Shown here one piece after another: positions 49,501 through 61,998 of a DNA stretch of 64,000 bases (the first letter of the stretch is position 1; each line of letters starts with the position of its first letter). Origin of the DNA: Phoronis australis (taxonomy: Eukaryota; Animalia; Phoronida); contig NMRA01000445.1 in NCBI GenBank assembly GCA_002633005.1, positions 192,402-256,401 on the forward strand, read 5' to 3'. Both the position numbers and the translations under genes were made by a program. The notes beneath the pieces are model-generated. The model was not told the origin of the DNA. It saw only the letters and a program-made list of their open reading frames with translations, and searched no databases.

Positions 49501-50946
49501 ACAGCTACAGCATTTTGGGTAAACAGTGAAGAATCTTTATCTCTTTTTTTCAAACAATAAAATCACCAGAAATAACAATCTGTGGCCAATGCTCCAGGAG
49601 CAAGTTCTGATAAAATTAAATTCATCTTCTGGCAACACTTATTCATGCTAAAAAATATGTATCCTTATTCAGAGGAAAACAATAGCTTTATTCAATGGCC
49701 ATTGTCAAATGACTCACACATTGTATGCCAATTAGTTACTTGAGCCATTCATCTATGAGTGGGTCAGTAACCTTCTTGGTTTATCTTCAGAGTAAATAAA
49801 GAAGACAAATCAACCTATTCACACAAGGTCAAATGTGTTGGGCTACACTCAGATAAAACCACTTTTCCATCATGATATTCTAATAAACATAAGCTGTGTT
49901 GAAACCAACTATACCAGAGGCCGAAATTAGTTTTAACATTTTCCTTCCACTAACTATTGTATGAACTCAAGTTGTATGTCTATAATTTTCTGCTGGAGGA
50001 TATTGTAGTTTATGCACACAAGTTTCTAATCCAAGTTCACATTTGATGACCCCTCGATTCGAGCTGAAAACTTGAGTAAAAACCTGAGATTTTGAGTAAC
50101 AACTGGAGTTTAGACACTAACCGTTAGGCCTGATGATGGGGTCATCAAGTACAATTTAGGACTAGACAGTTACCCATGTAAGCCAGTATGTAAACAAGCA
50201 CAGAATAACAGAACCTTGCCTTGATTTTGTATCAAAGTAGAATGGAAAATGCCAAAAATAATTTTGAGTTGATCTTGAATAAAAAAATTAGACCCCGGAC
50301 TACGGATGTCACTCTTTCTGTGGTTTAACTGTTGTGTAATCACAACCATTCACACAGCCGGTTAAAAATGTGGTACCCGGAGTTCACTCTAGTTGTTAGT
50401 CGTCAGAGCTATAACTTTACAATTCAACTCATGTGCCATCGTTTCCAAGGAGAATTGACAGCAGCGTTGCATCGCGATACAAATTATACATCCGCTGTAT
50501 TCTTAAGCAAAAAACAACATTTACAGCCTCTAGCTAAACCACCCTCACAGAGGGTTATAACCACACAACCACACTACAGTTACAAGTTTAATTTTTTTCA
50601 GAAAGAGTTATCCTTAATTGGTTTTAAAAGTATAACTACAATGGTGTAAACATGGCAAACGATGAAATGTCACCAGGCTATCTTTGCACAGGTGAAAAAT
50701 AAATCAAGTGTTAATGACCAGTCAATGCAAATCCCTTGATACAATCATTACCATAGCAAATACAAGGATTGCAAACAGTTTGATTTTTAATGCACAGCAA
50801 ATATGAGGCAGAACCCCTCCCCATTTTTGGTCAATGTAACGTCTGCTGACTGATGGTCATACTTACTTAGTGCCCCCTTTTGTTGCTTGCACAAACTGCA
50901 CACATTCTCTTTTGAAGAAGTGCTTCTCAATCCAGAGTCGCTGGTG
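24544..50946 (-). CDS. TRPM3: TRPM (melastatin) cation channel, TRPM1/3-type, 23 traced exons, ~1555 aa without the start exon
   Basis: MHR domains, S1-S6, pore YGEVYA, TRP box WKFQR, coiled coil and tail motif [11 protein letters not shown]. All junctions GT-AG and phase-consistent. No kinase or NUDIX domain. Confidence 0.95.
26773..27001 (-). CDS. TRPM3: TRPM exon (coiled coil)
   Basis: [10 protein letters not shown]...[14 protein letters not shown]. Confidence 0.9.
27086..27220. repeat. Degenerate ~21-bp tandem repeat
   Basis: TTAGTAACTCTATCGATAGAC-like units. Confidence 0.55.
28186..28318 (-). CDS. TRPM3: TRPM exon
   Basis: [24 protein letters not shown]...RIGLTTER. Confidence 0.9.
28960..30069 (-). 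mobile_element. Helentron/DINE-like element C (hairpin end missing)
   Basis: Same ~440-bp array, GGAC microsatellite and ATATGTGGGCGCATAA end. Confidence 0.8.
30381..30470. repeat. 11-bp tandem repeat (~8 copies)
   Basis: (TCAAGATGTAG)n. Confidence 0.9.
30672..30862 (-). CDS. TRPM3: TRPM exon (TRP domain)
   Basis: [10 protein letters not shown]...[11 protein letters not shown]. Confidence 0.93.
31405..31525 (-). CDS. TRPM3: TRPM exon (outer pore and S6)
   Basis: [18 protein letters not shown]...[13 protein letters not shown]. Confidence 0.93.
31857..32031 (-). CDS. TRPM3: TRPM exon (S5 and pore)
   Basis: [14 protein letters not shown]...[15 protein letters not shown]. Confidence 0.93.
32781..33035 (-). 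CDS. TRPM3: TRPM exon (S3-S4)
   Basis: WNVLD...[26 protein letters not shown]. Confidence 0.93.
33534..33668 (-). CDS. TRPM3: TRPM exon (S1-S2)
   Basis: [16 protein letters not shown]...[11 protein letters not shown]. Confidence 0.9.
33962..34458. mobile_element. hAT-like MITE with 6-bp TSD; internal sequence differs from the 250-bp family
   Basis: CAGGGCTTGGAAT...ATTCCAAGCCCTG flanked by TACATA/TACATA. Confidence 0.85.
34671..34868 (-). CDS. TRPM3: TRPM exon
   Basis: ...[22 protein letters not shown]. Confidence 0.9.
35991..36245 (+). mobile_element. Degenerate copy of the 250-bp hAT-like MITE
   Basis: Shares TTCCAGGTGATGTAT, ATAGGCTTGTG and AAGAGGAAA repeats. Confidence 0.7.
37618..37671 (-). 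CDS. Candidate 54-nt TRPM cassette exon
   Basis: tgtgtttcAG / GTGAGC, phase 0-0, [18 protein letters not shown] with no stop. Confidence 0.45.
38341..38508 (-). CDS. TRPM3: TRPM exon (pre-S1)
   Basis: [28 protein letters not shown]. Confidence 0.9.
38520..38892 (-). repeat. Four ~90-bp tandem duplicates of a TRPM acceptor plus exon start
   Basis: Copies of tgtctcccctgtagGTGATTCTAGGCATCC...AAGAGTAAAGAAG. Confidence 0.85.
39846..40074 (-). CDS. TRPM3: TRPM exon (MHR4)
   Basis: [14 protein letters not shown]...[11 protein letters not shown]...[11 protein letters not shown]. Confidence 0.93.
40820..41030 (-). repeat. Three ~62-bp tandem duplicates of a TRPM exon end plus donor
   Basis: Copies of TGAAGACTTGATGTCTTATGCATTgtaag. 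Confidence 0.8.
41035..41132 (-). CDS. TRPM3: TRPM exon
   Basis: [15 protein letters not shown]. Confidence 0.9.
41603..41785 (-). CDS. TRPM3: TRPM exon
   Basis: [25 protein letters not shown]. Confidence 0.9.
42415..42591 (-). CDS. TRPM3: TRPM exon
   Basis: [21 protein letters not shown]. Confidence 0.92.
43050..43184 (-). CDS. TRPM3: TRPM exon
   Basis: [20 protein letters not shown]...RLEELYNT. Confidence 0.92.
43513..43686 (-). CDS. TRPM3: TRPM exon
   Basis: [13 protein letters not shown]...[15 protein letters not shown]. Confidence 0.93.
44009..44132 (-). CDS. TRPM3: TRPM exon
   Basis: [10 protein letters not shown]...[10 protein letters not shown]. Confidence 0.9.
44758..44944 (-). 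CDS. TRPM3: TRPM exon
   Basis: [11 protein letters not shown]...[19 protein letters not shown]. Confidence 0.93.
45229..45400 (-). CDS. TRPM3: TRPM exon
   Basis: [29 protein letters not shown]. Confidence 0.93.
45598..45722 (-). CDS. TRPM3: TRPM exon
   Basis: [10 protein letters not shown]...IGIAPWG. Confidence 0.93.
46185..46405 (-). mobile_element. tRNA-derived SINE-like element
   Basis: A box TGGCCTAGTGG (46388-46398) and B-box-like GGTTGGAGTCC (46344-46354) with tRNA spacing; no full cloverleaf. Confidence 0.55.
46503..46716 (-). CDS. TRPM3: TRPM exon
   Basis: YIRLSHDT...[15 protein letters not shown]. Confidence 0.93.
47576..47627. repeat. 16-bp tandem repeat x3
   Basis: CTGCTGTAGGCATATA. 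Confidence 0.85.
47907..48066 (-). CDS. TRPM3: TRPM exon
   Basis: CHCGR...EKWQVHKHT...[10 protein letters not shown]. Confidence 0.92.
50867..50946 (-). CDS. TRPM3: TRPM exon (first conserved exon)
   Basis: [18 protein letters not shown]. Confidence 0.9.
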
Positions 50947-51004
50947 CTGATAACAGAAAAAATTGTTTTGCAATGTTACATCAAGCAACATCCTCAAAAT
51001 CAGA

Positions 51005-51300
51005 GAGGAGAGAAGGTCATAAAGAATGAGAAATAGGGACCGATGAAGGGAGGTAGAGGAGAGGGACGGAGGGAGGTAGAGGAGGGGAGGGTGGGAACAA
51101 GGAGAGGGAGCAAGAGAAATAAGGAAAGGGAGGGGGAGGTGCAAGATGAAGGGATGGAAAAAGGGCCATAGAGGAAGAGGAACAGGGTGCATATGAGAGA
51201 TACGATATGGGGGGAGGGAGAGAACAGGTAGAGGGAGGGATGGGAGTGGAGGTGGGGGAGGAGAGGAACATGGAGTGGGTGGGAGAGGAACGGGGAGAGG
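51005..51300. repeat. Purine-rich (GA/GGGA) low-complexity tract
   Basis: ~300 nt of mostly G/A on the plus strand. Confidence 0.85.
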
Positions 51301-51351
51301 ATCCAGGAAAAAATTAATCAGATCCAGAACACAAAAACATAGACATTACTT

Positions 51352-51636
51352 AGGATAGTGTCATCTCATTAATAGATGCCTATGTGCCAAATTTCATGAA
51401 AATCGGTTGAGGACTTTTCAAGATACAGAGGCAACCATAAAAAACTAAAATTGCCACCAGGGGGCACAGCGATATTCGAGTCGGTCCGAAACTCGTCGCC
51501 CTCTGTCGTCAACCCCATAGGAACACCCCTGCCAAATTTCAATAAGATCCTGCAAGGGAGATACAGCCGCAAACGCCTGACACCCAGACAGAGATGACGG
51601 CAATATGCACACACATATAAATATGTGGGCGCATAA
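51352..51636 (-). mobile_element. Helentron/DINE-like element D (terminal fragment)
   Basis: Close match to 22590-22874. Confidence 0.8.
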
Positions 51637-52689
51637 CAAAAATTAAAGGCAAATTTAAAATGTTTGAACAGTTGATTTTTCCTAAAAAATAAAAGTAAGG
51701 CAATGAAATCCAGGAAAATCGAAATCACAGGTTTTTACTTTAGTACTGAAAATACTGAAATGCAAAACAAATTATTTGGAGTGCAGTTACTGAAAAACAA
51801 ACCATTTAACTGAATTAAGATAACCTGGCAAGCTGTCATGCAAAACTTCTAATAAATCTTATTACATTTCCTTATAAATATTTATAACATCACATGTAAT
51901 TTCTAGAACGCTGTTCTGGTCTGTGTTGTATCAGCAATATTGCCTAACTTCCAACTGAAAACGTTCGGAGGAGCGACACGTGGCGAAATTAACTGAAAAG
52001 ACCTCAATGGGGATGATGACGATGACGATGATGATGATGACGAACATGATGATAACATTCAATAGAAGATAAACCAACAATGGTGCAGGGAAACCAGTCA
52101 ACAAAGGAACAGTGTTATCAGAAAATCTCAAAAAATTCGAAAAGTAGATATCCAAGCGAAAAATGGAAAACATCTTCTGAAAGCCCATTCAAAACTCTAT
52201 CTAACAACTTAGACTTACAAAATTCCATATACCTTTGATTCGAAAAATTTAAAATTTTTCATTTTTTTGAAATTCAAAGGCAAATAACTTAAAAACGGTA
52301 AGTCTAAGAAAAAATTGTTACAGGTTATTTGAAAGAGTGTACCTCAGAGAATCCACATGCAAAAATTCACGTACGCCATTTTCTCTTCCCATTCAAAATG
52401 GCACCCCAGCACGAGTGAAAATGGGTGAAAATGTGCCAGACCCAGCATCTTGAAAGCAACTTCCAGTTACGCAGCACTTAATAATAGTTAGAATTACGAG
52501 AAACTAACACCTGAAAATTTACAAACCAATTGATCATACAATGCGCCCTCTACAGGGCAAAACGTTTTCATCCCAAAATCAAGGTGCGCATGCTTAATTG
52601 CTGATATTTCTGCCATCTTTAACTAGGAGTAAATGTTTTCTGGCACATCTGTAGAACACGTCTGGTACAATAATCGCACTGATTTTCAG

Positions 52690-52954
52690 CCATGCACATA
52701 AAAAATTATGGCCTCTATGAGAATTTGAAACTGAAGTCGAAAACAAAATGGCTACCATATCGGCCATCTTGGATACGATCATAACGAAAAACAACAGGCT
52801 TCCAGCTCTTCTAAAACTACAAGTTGTGTGTAAATTTCGTGCAGATCCGACGGAAATTGCGACCTGTATCATGTGAACAAACAAAAAATAAACTTAGTAT
52901 CAGAGCAGCATACTTGGCGAAATTTTCCGCCAAGTATTCGCCAAGCAAGTAATA
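52690..52954 (-). mobile_element. Terminal fragment of a second probable Helentron-like family
   Basis: AAAATGGC/GCCATCTTGG motifs and terminal hairpin TACTTGGCG...CGCCAAGTA before an A-rich end. Confidence 0.45.
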
Positions 52955-54951
52955 AACTTAGTTCCTAAAAAATTTTTTTACTACACCCTAGCATGTTATC
53001 TTAAATGCTGTTCAGACAGTCTTGTATATCAATAATTTGCCACATCAGGAAATGATTACAGAGTGCAAGTCCTTTGAGAAATGGATTGGTTACAGTTTCA
53101 CTGAAGTCACATACATGAAGTATATATTTCACTAGGAGCCTATTCCAACACAACTTATTGATTGCTTTTACTTTGACAGACACAAAAAGCCTCGGACAAG
53201 TGCACAATAGTACTCCTAAGATACTATTAGCCAGTGCCTTGAAGTCAGCCACCACATATTAAAAAGCCATAATACCATTGGCTACAACTAAGTAATGAAT
53301 TTATTCAACAATATCCATGATGAATAGCCAAGACAAGTTGATGAGTCAAACATCAGACAGTCTGGATATTTGAAACGAGATGATATCATTAGAAAAATAT
53401 TCAGTTTGTGACTATAATCAACTCTTTACATGGAGACTACACATTAGCTGTCAATTACATCATAGAGGACAATTATAACTGGAGCCAGCATGTGGTTCTG
53501 GCAGTGTCTGAACAGGTTGTTTAGTCCTGTAGGATCTTGTTGACAAGTCTCAATAGTTTTAGCAAATTATCTGAACTATAATAGATTTAAAGTCACTAAA
53601 AAATTATAATTTCTGAAAACAGAAAGCCTGTAAAATTATAATTTTGTCTTAGTTTTTAGAAATGATGAAACTTGTATTAATTTGGTCACGTGTCCATGTC
53701 TTTAGCAAAAAGGAAAGGTACATTGATGGTTAAAGAATGTTATCGATATCATGATCAAATTTTACAAATATGTATAAAATGTAACAGTTTTCTGAAATAT
53801 CATAATTTTGCATTCGTTTTATGTTACTTTAATTTTTCATGAAAATTATAAATAATAGATTTGACATCAAATATAAAAACAAATATTCTGATCATTAGAA
53901 TACAAAACGTCAAGATTTTATTTAAAGACTTTAAAATCCACAGACAAGTACAACTGAAAACAAACTTTATCTGAACAATAACTCAGAATGAAATGAAATT
54001 AGGCTTACATCACAGATTTCCGCACTGTTGAGAACACACTGTGTTCTTACACACCACTTACATACCAATTTAATTGCTACAAACCCAGTACCTAAGAATG
54101 TTCAAGGTCTACCAAAGTTCCTTCAGTGTAAACCAGGCGTCATGACAACAGATAAATTAAATGGATTTAACCTGAGGAAATCATCATTTCAAGAACCCAA
54201 CTATATTCCATGGATGATTAAATTGAATCCTGTAAACCATCGGGCATGAAATTGCTTCTGTGAAGAACAGACTTACAGCTATGAGAAAATGAAAAACTTT
54301 CACGAATGCATTAGTACGCACATACGTATGAATAAACAGGGAAGGAATAATTTAGGCACTTAGGTCTGCATATATGTATGCCAATTCTGTTTTGATCCAG
54401 TCTTCTGGCGCCATACAACAACACATAGCCTTTTTACAGAGCAGCTGAAAATGAAACTTCACTGTAACTTGGATTTTACTGACATGCATTAAGATTTTGC
54501 TAATACAGTGACTATTAACAGAAACTCAATGATTGCATGCACGCACCAAGCCTAAAAATGGGGGGGGGGGGGNNNNNNGGGGGGGGGGGGGTGCTCGAGC
54601 CCCCTAAAGGTGCGCGCATGCATTGTATGTAGCATGTTTGGTCAGTAAGAACTACAAATTAATAAAACAGGCTGTCCAAGTATAAGTTGTGTTCCGACCA
54701 ACTCACCCTGATTCAAACTGTTTCTTTAGTTGTAACTGTTCTGCAACTACTACTACTGTTCATACCCTGGACAGTTATAACTGTCATAAGCCAAGTTCAT
54801 GGTTTTAGTCCCTAGTCCTCAGCGTTGTCGCTTTTTGATTCACGCCGAGTCTCCTCAGGTCTCGCCCAAAGCCAAAAAATAGTGGATTTTGGTCTGTACC
54901 CTACTCATTTTGAAACTTGAACCCTTTTAACAAAAGTCAAGAAAGTGCACA

Positions 54952-55020
54952 ACGGGAAGGTTTTCAACACGGGAAGGTTTTCAACACGGGAAGGTTTTCA
55001 ACACGGGAAGGTTTTAAACA
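54952..55020. repeat. 17-bp tandem repeat x4
   Basis: ACGGGAAGGTTTTCAAC. Confidence 0.9.
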
Positions 55021-56620
55021 TGGTGGCTTATGGTAACTTTAGCCACTCACAATCACCAACCCATTAACCATGGCATCGCTACGGCAATGCTTAGACAGTT
55101 CTGCATTCTAAATAGTTTTAATGAACGGAGTTAAAACTTGCTTTTGTTCTGCATTGATAAGGCTATAAGTATAGATTACATGTCATAAACAATAATATAT
55201 TTCCTGTTCACAAAATGCAAAACATAAAAAAATCGTTTTTGCGTTAACGGAATAAATGTTCCATCATCCGACTCCGCTAATGTGATGAGTGCTAAAAAGT
55301 CTGCGTGTTGTCGAGTTTGCTCATTTGTCCTCAGTTTGTTTTCAATGCAGTGTGTGCCAATTAGTGTAGATAATTGACGGGATATAACTAATGAGAAGAA
55401 ATTCAACAACTTCATTCCGTAATGTGATGTGGGACTTTATCCACAAGTCTACGTATTTAGCCAAACACCTAGAGAACTACATATTTTTTGAAACGAGAAA
55501 GCCTGCAGAATTTGTTCAACATATTTATAATACCAACCTGTAATTTATCATGTGACTGTGTATTAGTAAAATTTCATAACAATTCATAGCAAGACATTAA
55601 GCTTTTGTAGGACCTTATCTAATTGACCTTTGACCTGTCATCAGGATTTTGATTGGCGGCTTAACTGACTAATTAAAACGAAGCATTCTTGACACACCTT
55701 CATCTGCTTTTCCAAGCCCCTATTTTACAGCACAAACAACACATTGTTGGTGACTTTTCACAAGGGGACGGAGCTTGTGATAGGTCAATGGTCAGTGTAT
55801 GTAGTCAAATATCTAGAAAACCATAGATTTCAACTCTATAAAAATAGAAAGCCTGTGGAATTTAATTTTTTGACTTTTAAACCAGTGCTGTAATTGGATC
55901 ATGTGATTAAGTGGTATAGTAAAATTTAGCAAAAAAGGTATATCCGTAGAAAACCAATAGTATCAATAAAATGATCAAGTTTTGTTTGATTTAATGTACA
56001 AGACGAAATCTCAAAAACGCCATTACAATCATGTTGTTTTTATTTTCATGCCACTTTTGAGTTCTTTAAAAAAATCGTAAAATTCCTACTTTTGAAAGCC
56101 CCTCATGCAAAGGTGGAAATTTTAAAAAGAATTCCTAACAGGGTTCTGGAGGATAGTGCAAAAGGTGTGATGTCTGAAAGTTTCATATGAATCCGACAAG
56201 GCACTTCTGAGGTATGACGTTCCAAAGTTTACCAAATTTGGCCATTTTTGTAGGGTCTTACATAACCTCACATGACCAGGAATGTGTTACGACACGACTG
56301 GTTAATTATACAGAGTACGCAATTTTTTATATTACATGGGCGAATCACCTTACATTTTATCGTCTGTAATACACTAAAACAACCAAATCCGCGCCAACCG
56401 AACAATGAAGGTGACAAAGTTATGATTGACAAGTCGAGTGTCACAACTGTATGTACCACACATCAGGACATGCACACAACTTCTGAAACAGACATATCTT
56501 CTGACAAAGAATTCCACATCAATGTTCATTCAAGAAACACAATGAGAGTGTCTAGCTGTGCTGTGTCAAGGTCATTTCAGTGCTCATGCCTCAGGGAAGC
56601 ACTGCTGACTGTGTTATTTA

Positions 56621-57929
56621 CCGTACTCGTCCGGGTTACAGCCCATGCTCGGCTTACTATCCACCCATGAAATTTTCAATTTTCCATTTTAAGCGCCCAT
56701 GCTCTGCTTACCGCCCACCCCATTTTCATGATCGAGACTTTCTTAATTTAAGTGCATGTGCTTCTGTGAATGTTCGTCGCTCAAAACTAAGATTCCAAAA
56801 TGTGCGCAACTAGCTTACCGGGACCTTGCCTTACTGTGGCGGCATAATACCCAACGGGCGTATTCTCATGCACCAAAACGGTACTTGACAGGAATTTCAA
56901 GTCTGTGGCCTACTTTTCTGTGATTTCCCGTGAGTGCCGTGACAGTACACGAAACATCACCACCCTGAGCAATGAAATAAGAAAAAACACGAGCACACCG
57001 ACATTATTTTGGACGCATTGTTTTGAATACAAGCAGACAAGAGTCATTGTGACAAACCAGCTTCACTGGATGTTCCATGCCTTGGTTTAAATGCATGTTT
57101 TAAAAGTCTCACTCCCGACACCAAAATGGAAGCGCCCAACTAACAGCAACAGTGCAAGAAATCAACTTGTCATTAAGTGCAAGTCAAACATTCTATCCAC
57201 ATCTACGTCGTCAAAAACTTAATCTTTTGGCTCTTGATTTGCGTGATGTCTTTTTACATGGTGAGTTTTTGCTTCATTGGTTTTGCAGCCGATCTGGCAC
57301 CTCTATTGCCTAATAGTAGACTAGTATCGTCCGATTGTTGAGCACGTGCTTTGAACAAGAGTGTTCAATTCAGAAACAAATATATAATTTGTATGTAAAA
57401 TTTTTCATTTTTCAAACTAGGTTCAAAGCATTTTAATGAACTGAGACTTGTCAATCATTATCATATGTCTAGCAGGGAGCAAATCTACAAAATCAGGTGC
57501 TTCACTTATATAAGTACGTGGCCCACTAGCGGATTTTTGTTTGGCCTGCCTTTTCCCTCAAGAAACTTGTCCTACTGAATGCACGCCTACCTGTAGGAAA
57601 ACCTTAGTTCTAAGAGATGACGAGCAGCGACAGAGGTACGTAAAAACCCAATCACGCTCGGGATCACAGCGCCACTGTGTCATGTGCGATATTCAACTTC
57701 AGAGAGTCAAAGTCCATTACTTCAATCCACTGACTTATATTTGAACTGCTATTCTGGAAGTTCGACGTTATTGTAGTTCCGTGAGGGTAAAATCGGTCCT
57801 CCATGCAGTAAGCAACCACTCCTGACTTCAAAAATTTCGATTTTAACCACCCATGCTCGGCTTACCGCCCACCCCGTTTTTTTAGATTCCCAATCTAAGC
57901 GCTCTGGGCGCTAACCCAGACGAGTACGA
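56621..57929. mobile_element. Tc1/mariner-pogo-type non-autonomous element with TA TSD
   Basis: TA|CCGTACTCGTCCGGGTTA...TAACCCAGACGAGTACGA|TA; three CCCATGCTC.GCTTAC subterminal repeats. Confidence 0.8.
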
Positions 57930-59360
57930 TATAAGCATTTACAACTTCACAGACTATTTATTAAATTCTAACTTAAACATTTGTTTTGAATAAAACTTTT
58001 AAAAGCAAAAGTAGCTAAGCATGTTTTATAAAAGTTGCGTCACATGGTTGAAAGTTTTAGACATGTTGAGTTTTTTGGCAAAAAAGATAATTTTTACTGT
58101 TCATGTGAGAAAACAAGTCTCAGGATTATGACGAAATTTCCAAGAGATTTTGTCCATGTCATAAACTTCAGATGAGTGTAGGATTCTCTATTTAATATGA
58201 CCAGATTTAATTTTACAATATTCAATCTATATTTAATACCCATTTTTGATAGCCCTACAACCCAACATAACCGCAATTCCAAAATACCCTATGCAGTCAC
58301 TGGAGACAATTTAGACAGAAAATAATTTACAAAGAGGGCCACGCAGTGCATTCAATTCAAACTCGTTTCCTCATCCATTTATATTTGGGTTAGGATTTGG
58401 TTTCTAAAGAAATCAAATGCATCGTTCCAATGCAATTACATAAAACCCAATATTTGCGCCAAGCCAATATCACAGCTCTTATGTAGCTGTCGCAGCAAAA
58501 TCTGTGACCCCAGCAACAATACATCAAATAACAAATATAAAGCCATACCAACAGGATGTTGCTTACTCGTAACACCTGCTCACCAAGAAATCATGGGTGG
58601 TAAGTTAATAAATAACTGAACCCACAACACTTCTATCATGCAACCATACATCTTCATGAAAGCAGTGTAAACTCTTTCTAACCTTGCAACTCTTGTATAA
58701 CAGTTACCCTTTTCAAGGACAAGGTCATGTATGACCTTAGAAAAACATAGGAATTTGGTGGCCAACTTTGGTGGCTAACTTCCCGGAACATGATATCTAA
58801 GAAACGGTTGATTAGATTCATTTCAGACACTATGTGTTATGCTTTCCACTTTATGAAAATATACACTTTTACTGATCAGAGTTAAAATCAATAGTTTTAT
58901 AGATATTTGACTACATAATATATGCAGATCTGACAACAAGGTCCGACGTAACATTATAACTCTTCTAACCCTAGTTTGTGGTTTTAGTACCTAGTCGTCA
59001 GTACCATCGTTTTTTGATTCATGCCTATTAGTGCCTCGGCATGCCATTGTTTCCAAAGAGATTTAACAGCAGTGCCACCTACAGTTGTAATTTGATTTTT
59101 TTTGCTTTTAGATGCCTGAAAATCTGAAAATCCAAAGACCAGCCATGGAAATACATGGACGTCCCATTGTAATAGTCAAACTTATTTATAAACACAATTA
59201 AAGAATTCATCAAGAATATAACAAGCATTTAAAAAGATTAGAACACATTAGAACTGAAAGGGCATATTTTGTCTACAGACAAAAAGTAATTGCAACTTGA
59301 CTATAATCTCCTGGATCTAACAAACCTCAAAAACAAAAACTGAATAAAACACAAACAGAC

Positions 59361-59522
59361 CCCATCATCAGCCTCCTGCTTGCAAGATGACCGACTTGTC
59401 AAAGACTGCCGACTAACATCCTTTTCTAGAACCTTGGACTTCGACATCATTTTCCGATTTGACGTCTCAGCCGCGTTTGTTGCGATATCATGCAGTTTCA
59501 AACATCTTCCTTTTAAGTCCAT
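59361..59522 (-). CDS. Candidate TRPM first coding exon
   Basis: ATG-initiated 54-codon frame (MDLKGRC...EADDG) ending at a phase-0 GT compatible with the 50946 exon; the donor GTCTGT is weak. Confidence 0.3.
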
Positions 59523-61998
59523 TTCGTAAGGAGCAGTAAAATCTCCCACTTCACGGTGTCTCTTTTTACAGACGACATGGAACCGAAATGAAAACAGCCA
59601 ATGCGATTAGCGGCGGCAATATTTAGCCACATACGACATAGAATCCAAACGAAAATACTCAATGAGATTACTGGTAGCGGATACAGATAATACACTGGCT
59701 TTGTAAATCAGTTTCCATTTCCACAACAATCAATCATTATTCACGACCACTTCTCAAAGCTCGTCATCCCTGTCGTATATTTGGCCTTCAAGTGTTTCTA
59801 AGATGTCATTCTCAGTTTCTCCGTCACACTTAATTTGCAGGATTCACCTCGTCACCAGCCACAGTTCGCCTACGCTCAGTTAACAGTTTAGACGGAGTTA
59901 CTGACATAAGCAAGTAGACGAACAGACATACAGCTGCTATACTCTGGGCTTATTACAGGCAGAAGAACAATTACGGATAAAAATATGACAGAAATAAAAT
60001 TATCTTAATATTCTGAAAATGCCTGATGCAGTTACATGCGACATAAAGATAAAAGTCAAGCTTGGCACCAAAACACCGGAAAATTCTCTTGTACAAAAAC
60101 CCAAGCCTAAGTTCTTGTATTGAATGACTTCTTAGGCAAAAGCACAATATCAACTTCTGTATCAGTTATACTGTGTCGTTTATATCAGGCAAGGCAATAT
60201 GACGTTTGCGAGTGTTTCATAAGTAACCATGTTCACTGTCGTGGAAACCTCATAAAATCACTGAGATGATCAAAGTATGTAACAGGGCAATCGGCTACCT
60301 AGTTCCACATCGCTGGTTCAATTGCTTCACAAAGTAATGGATACTGCCAGTGGCATGCAGATGGGGTCTAAATCAAATTAGGACATAATCCTTCAGTGCT
60401 AATAGCATTGGAAGTCTTCTTGAGGGAGATTAGCGGTACTTTTTATAGCAAAGCAGAATTGTTGTCTGTAGAGGATGTCTGAAACGATCTTCCTGCCTTG
60501 TACTTCATCACTCTGGTCTAGGACCGAGCATTTGAGTTAACAGGAAAAAACGAAATCATTACATGATTTATGTCTCTCTATGGGGAGATAAAATCCCAGT
60601 ATTACACAGAAACCCAAAGAAGTTGTCTGAAACCTGCTCGCCGTTAAAAAAATAACTTTTACTTAAGACCACTTACAGCTATTATTACTAGTACTGGTTT
60701 CAACATGCTCTTTGGACACAAATTAGAAGTGGTTTCCGTGGTTACGAAGAATTGAGTGTTCATCATAGCTTGAGATCAGGCTCATCAAACCTGTTATTCA
60801 AGGCAAATTAATTGACTAGCCAAGAAGCCCAGAAATCACCTCACTTGCGTAAAACACAATTTGACACCAGTCTTAGGGCGATAAGCGCGAGGAACTCGAG
60901 TAAGATTTGCATGAGGTCAACCTGAGGTCACATGACAGGGAGGTATTACCCCCCCCCTCCTCGAAAAAGGTGGTTGCCAGCACTTGCCGAATGTCAGTGT
61001 GACATTTACGGTAAAAATAGATGGATCTCAATTCAGGTTTCACTTAAATTTATCTTGTTGAAAATTTTGTTTAGTTGCCAAGATTGCCTTGAAACAGGCC
61101 ACCTTTTTCTCTCTAAGCAATCATCTTTTAAAACTGGCCAACCCAATGGCGGCCAGTAGAAGAGTCCCTGATAAGCTGTCTAAATAAAATTGTTTCTTTA
61201 AAAGCAGGCTTACGCCAAACTTCAATTCATTTGAACACGCAATTGGATTGATCACGTCATAAATTTTTGTACTGAATATTGTACCTAATACTGTGGGAAA
61301 ATGTAACATCTATGCCTACTATTGCATCAAAATAATTACAGAGTCAAAATGTGGAGTTTAAATGGGAGTTTTCACCTTTTTAAAGGTCTGAAATTCCCTC
61401 ACCAAACTTTACAATCAGTTTGTAGGATTTAACTAAAATAAAATAAAATATCCACCCGAGTTGGGTTTTAATAAACAGAAGACATGATGTAACAAGGCAT
61501 ATCTAAGAATAGGTTGTAATGTTCAATTTCTGGAGAAGAGAGAGAATACTGATTTACAAAATATAGCTTTTTTAATTTACTAAATCTTTCATTGTTGACC
61601 ATCTATTTGTAAACTCGTCCAACTCTAATTTTTTAATAAATGTATTTCACGGAAAAATAACAAAGATCTTTTTCACCTTAATCTTCTTGACTTAAACATG
61701 CTACAAAGCCACGTTCAGTCTAGGAAATGAACTTTTAATTTAGATGGCTTAGTGCTATGAAACTGGCCATGCCTCGTTTCGGCAACAGTCGGATGTACCG
61801 TGCCCGTATCTTGAGAACCAGTTTGATGCTGTTATTCACTGTAGAAAACTGGTTCTCAAAATTCAGGCCCCTTATATCCAACCATTATCCTTGTTCCTTA
61901 CTAAATAGAGCAGACTGTGATTTTTGGGCTTGAAAACACTTTCAGTTCGTTATTGCTCAAGAATATGCTCAGTTGCGCATATAATGACACGCAGAGAC

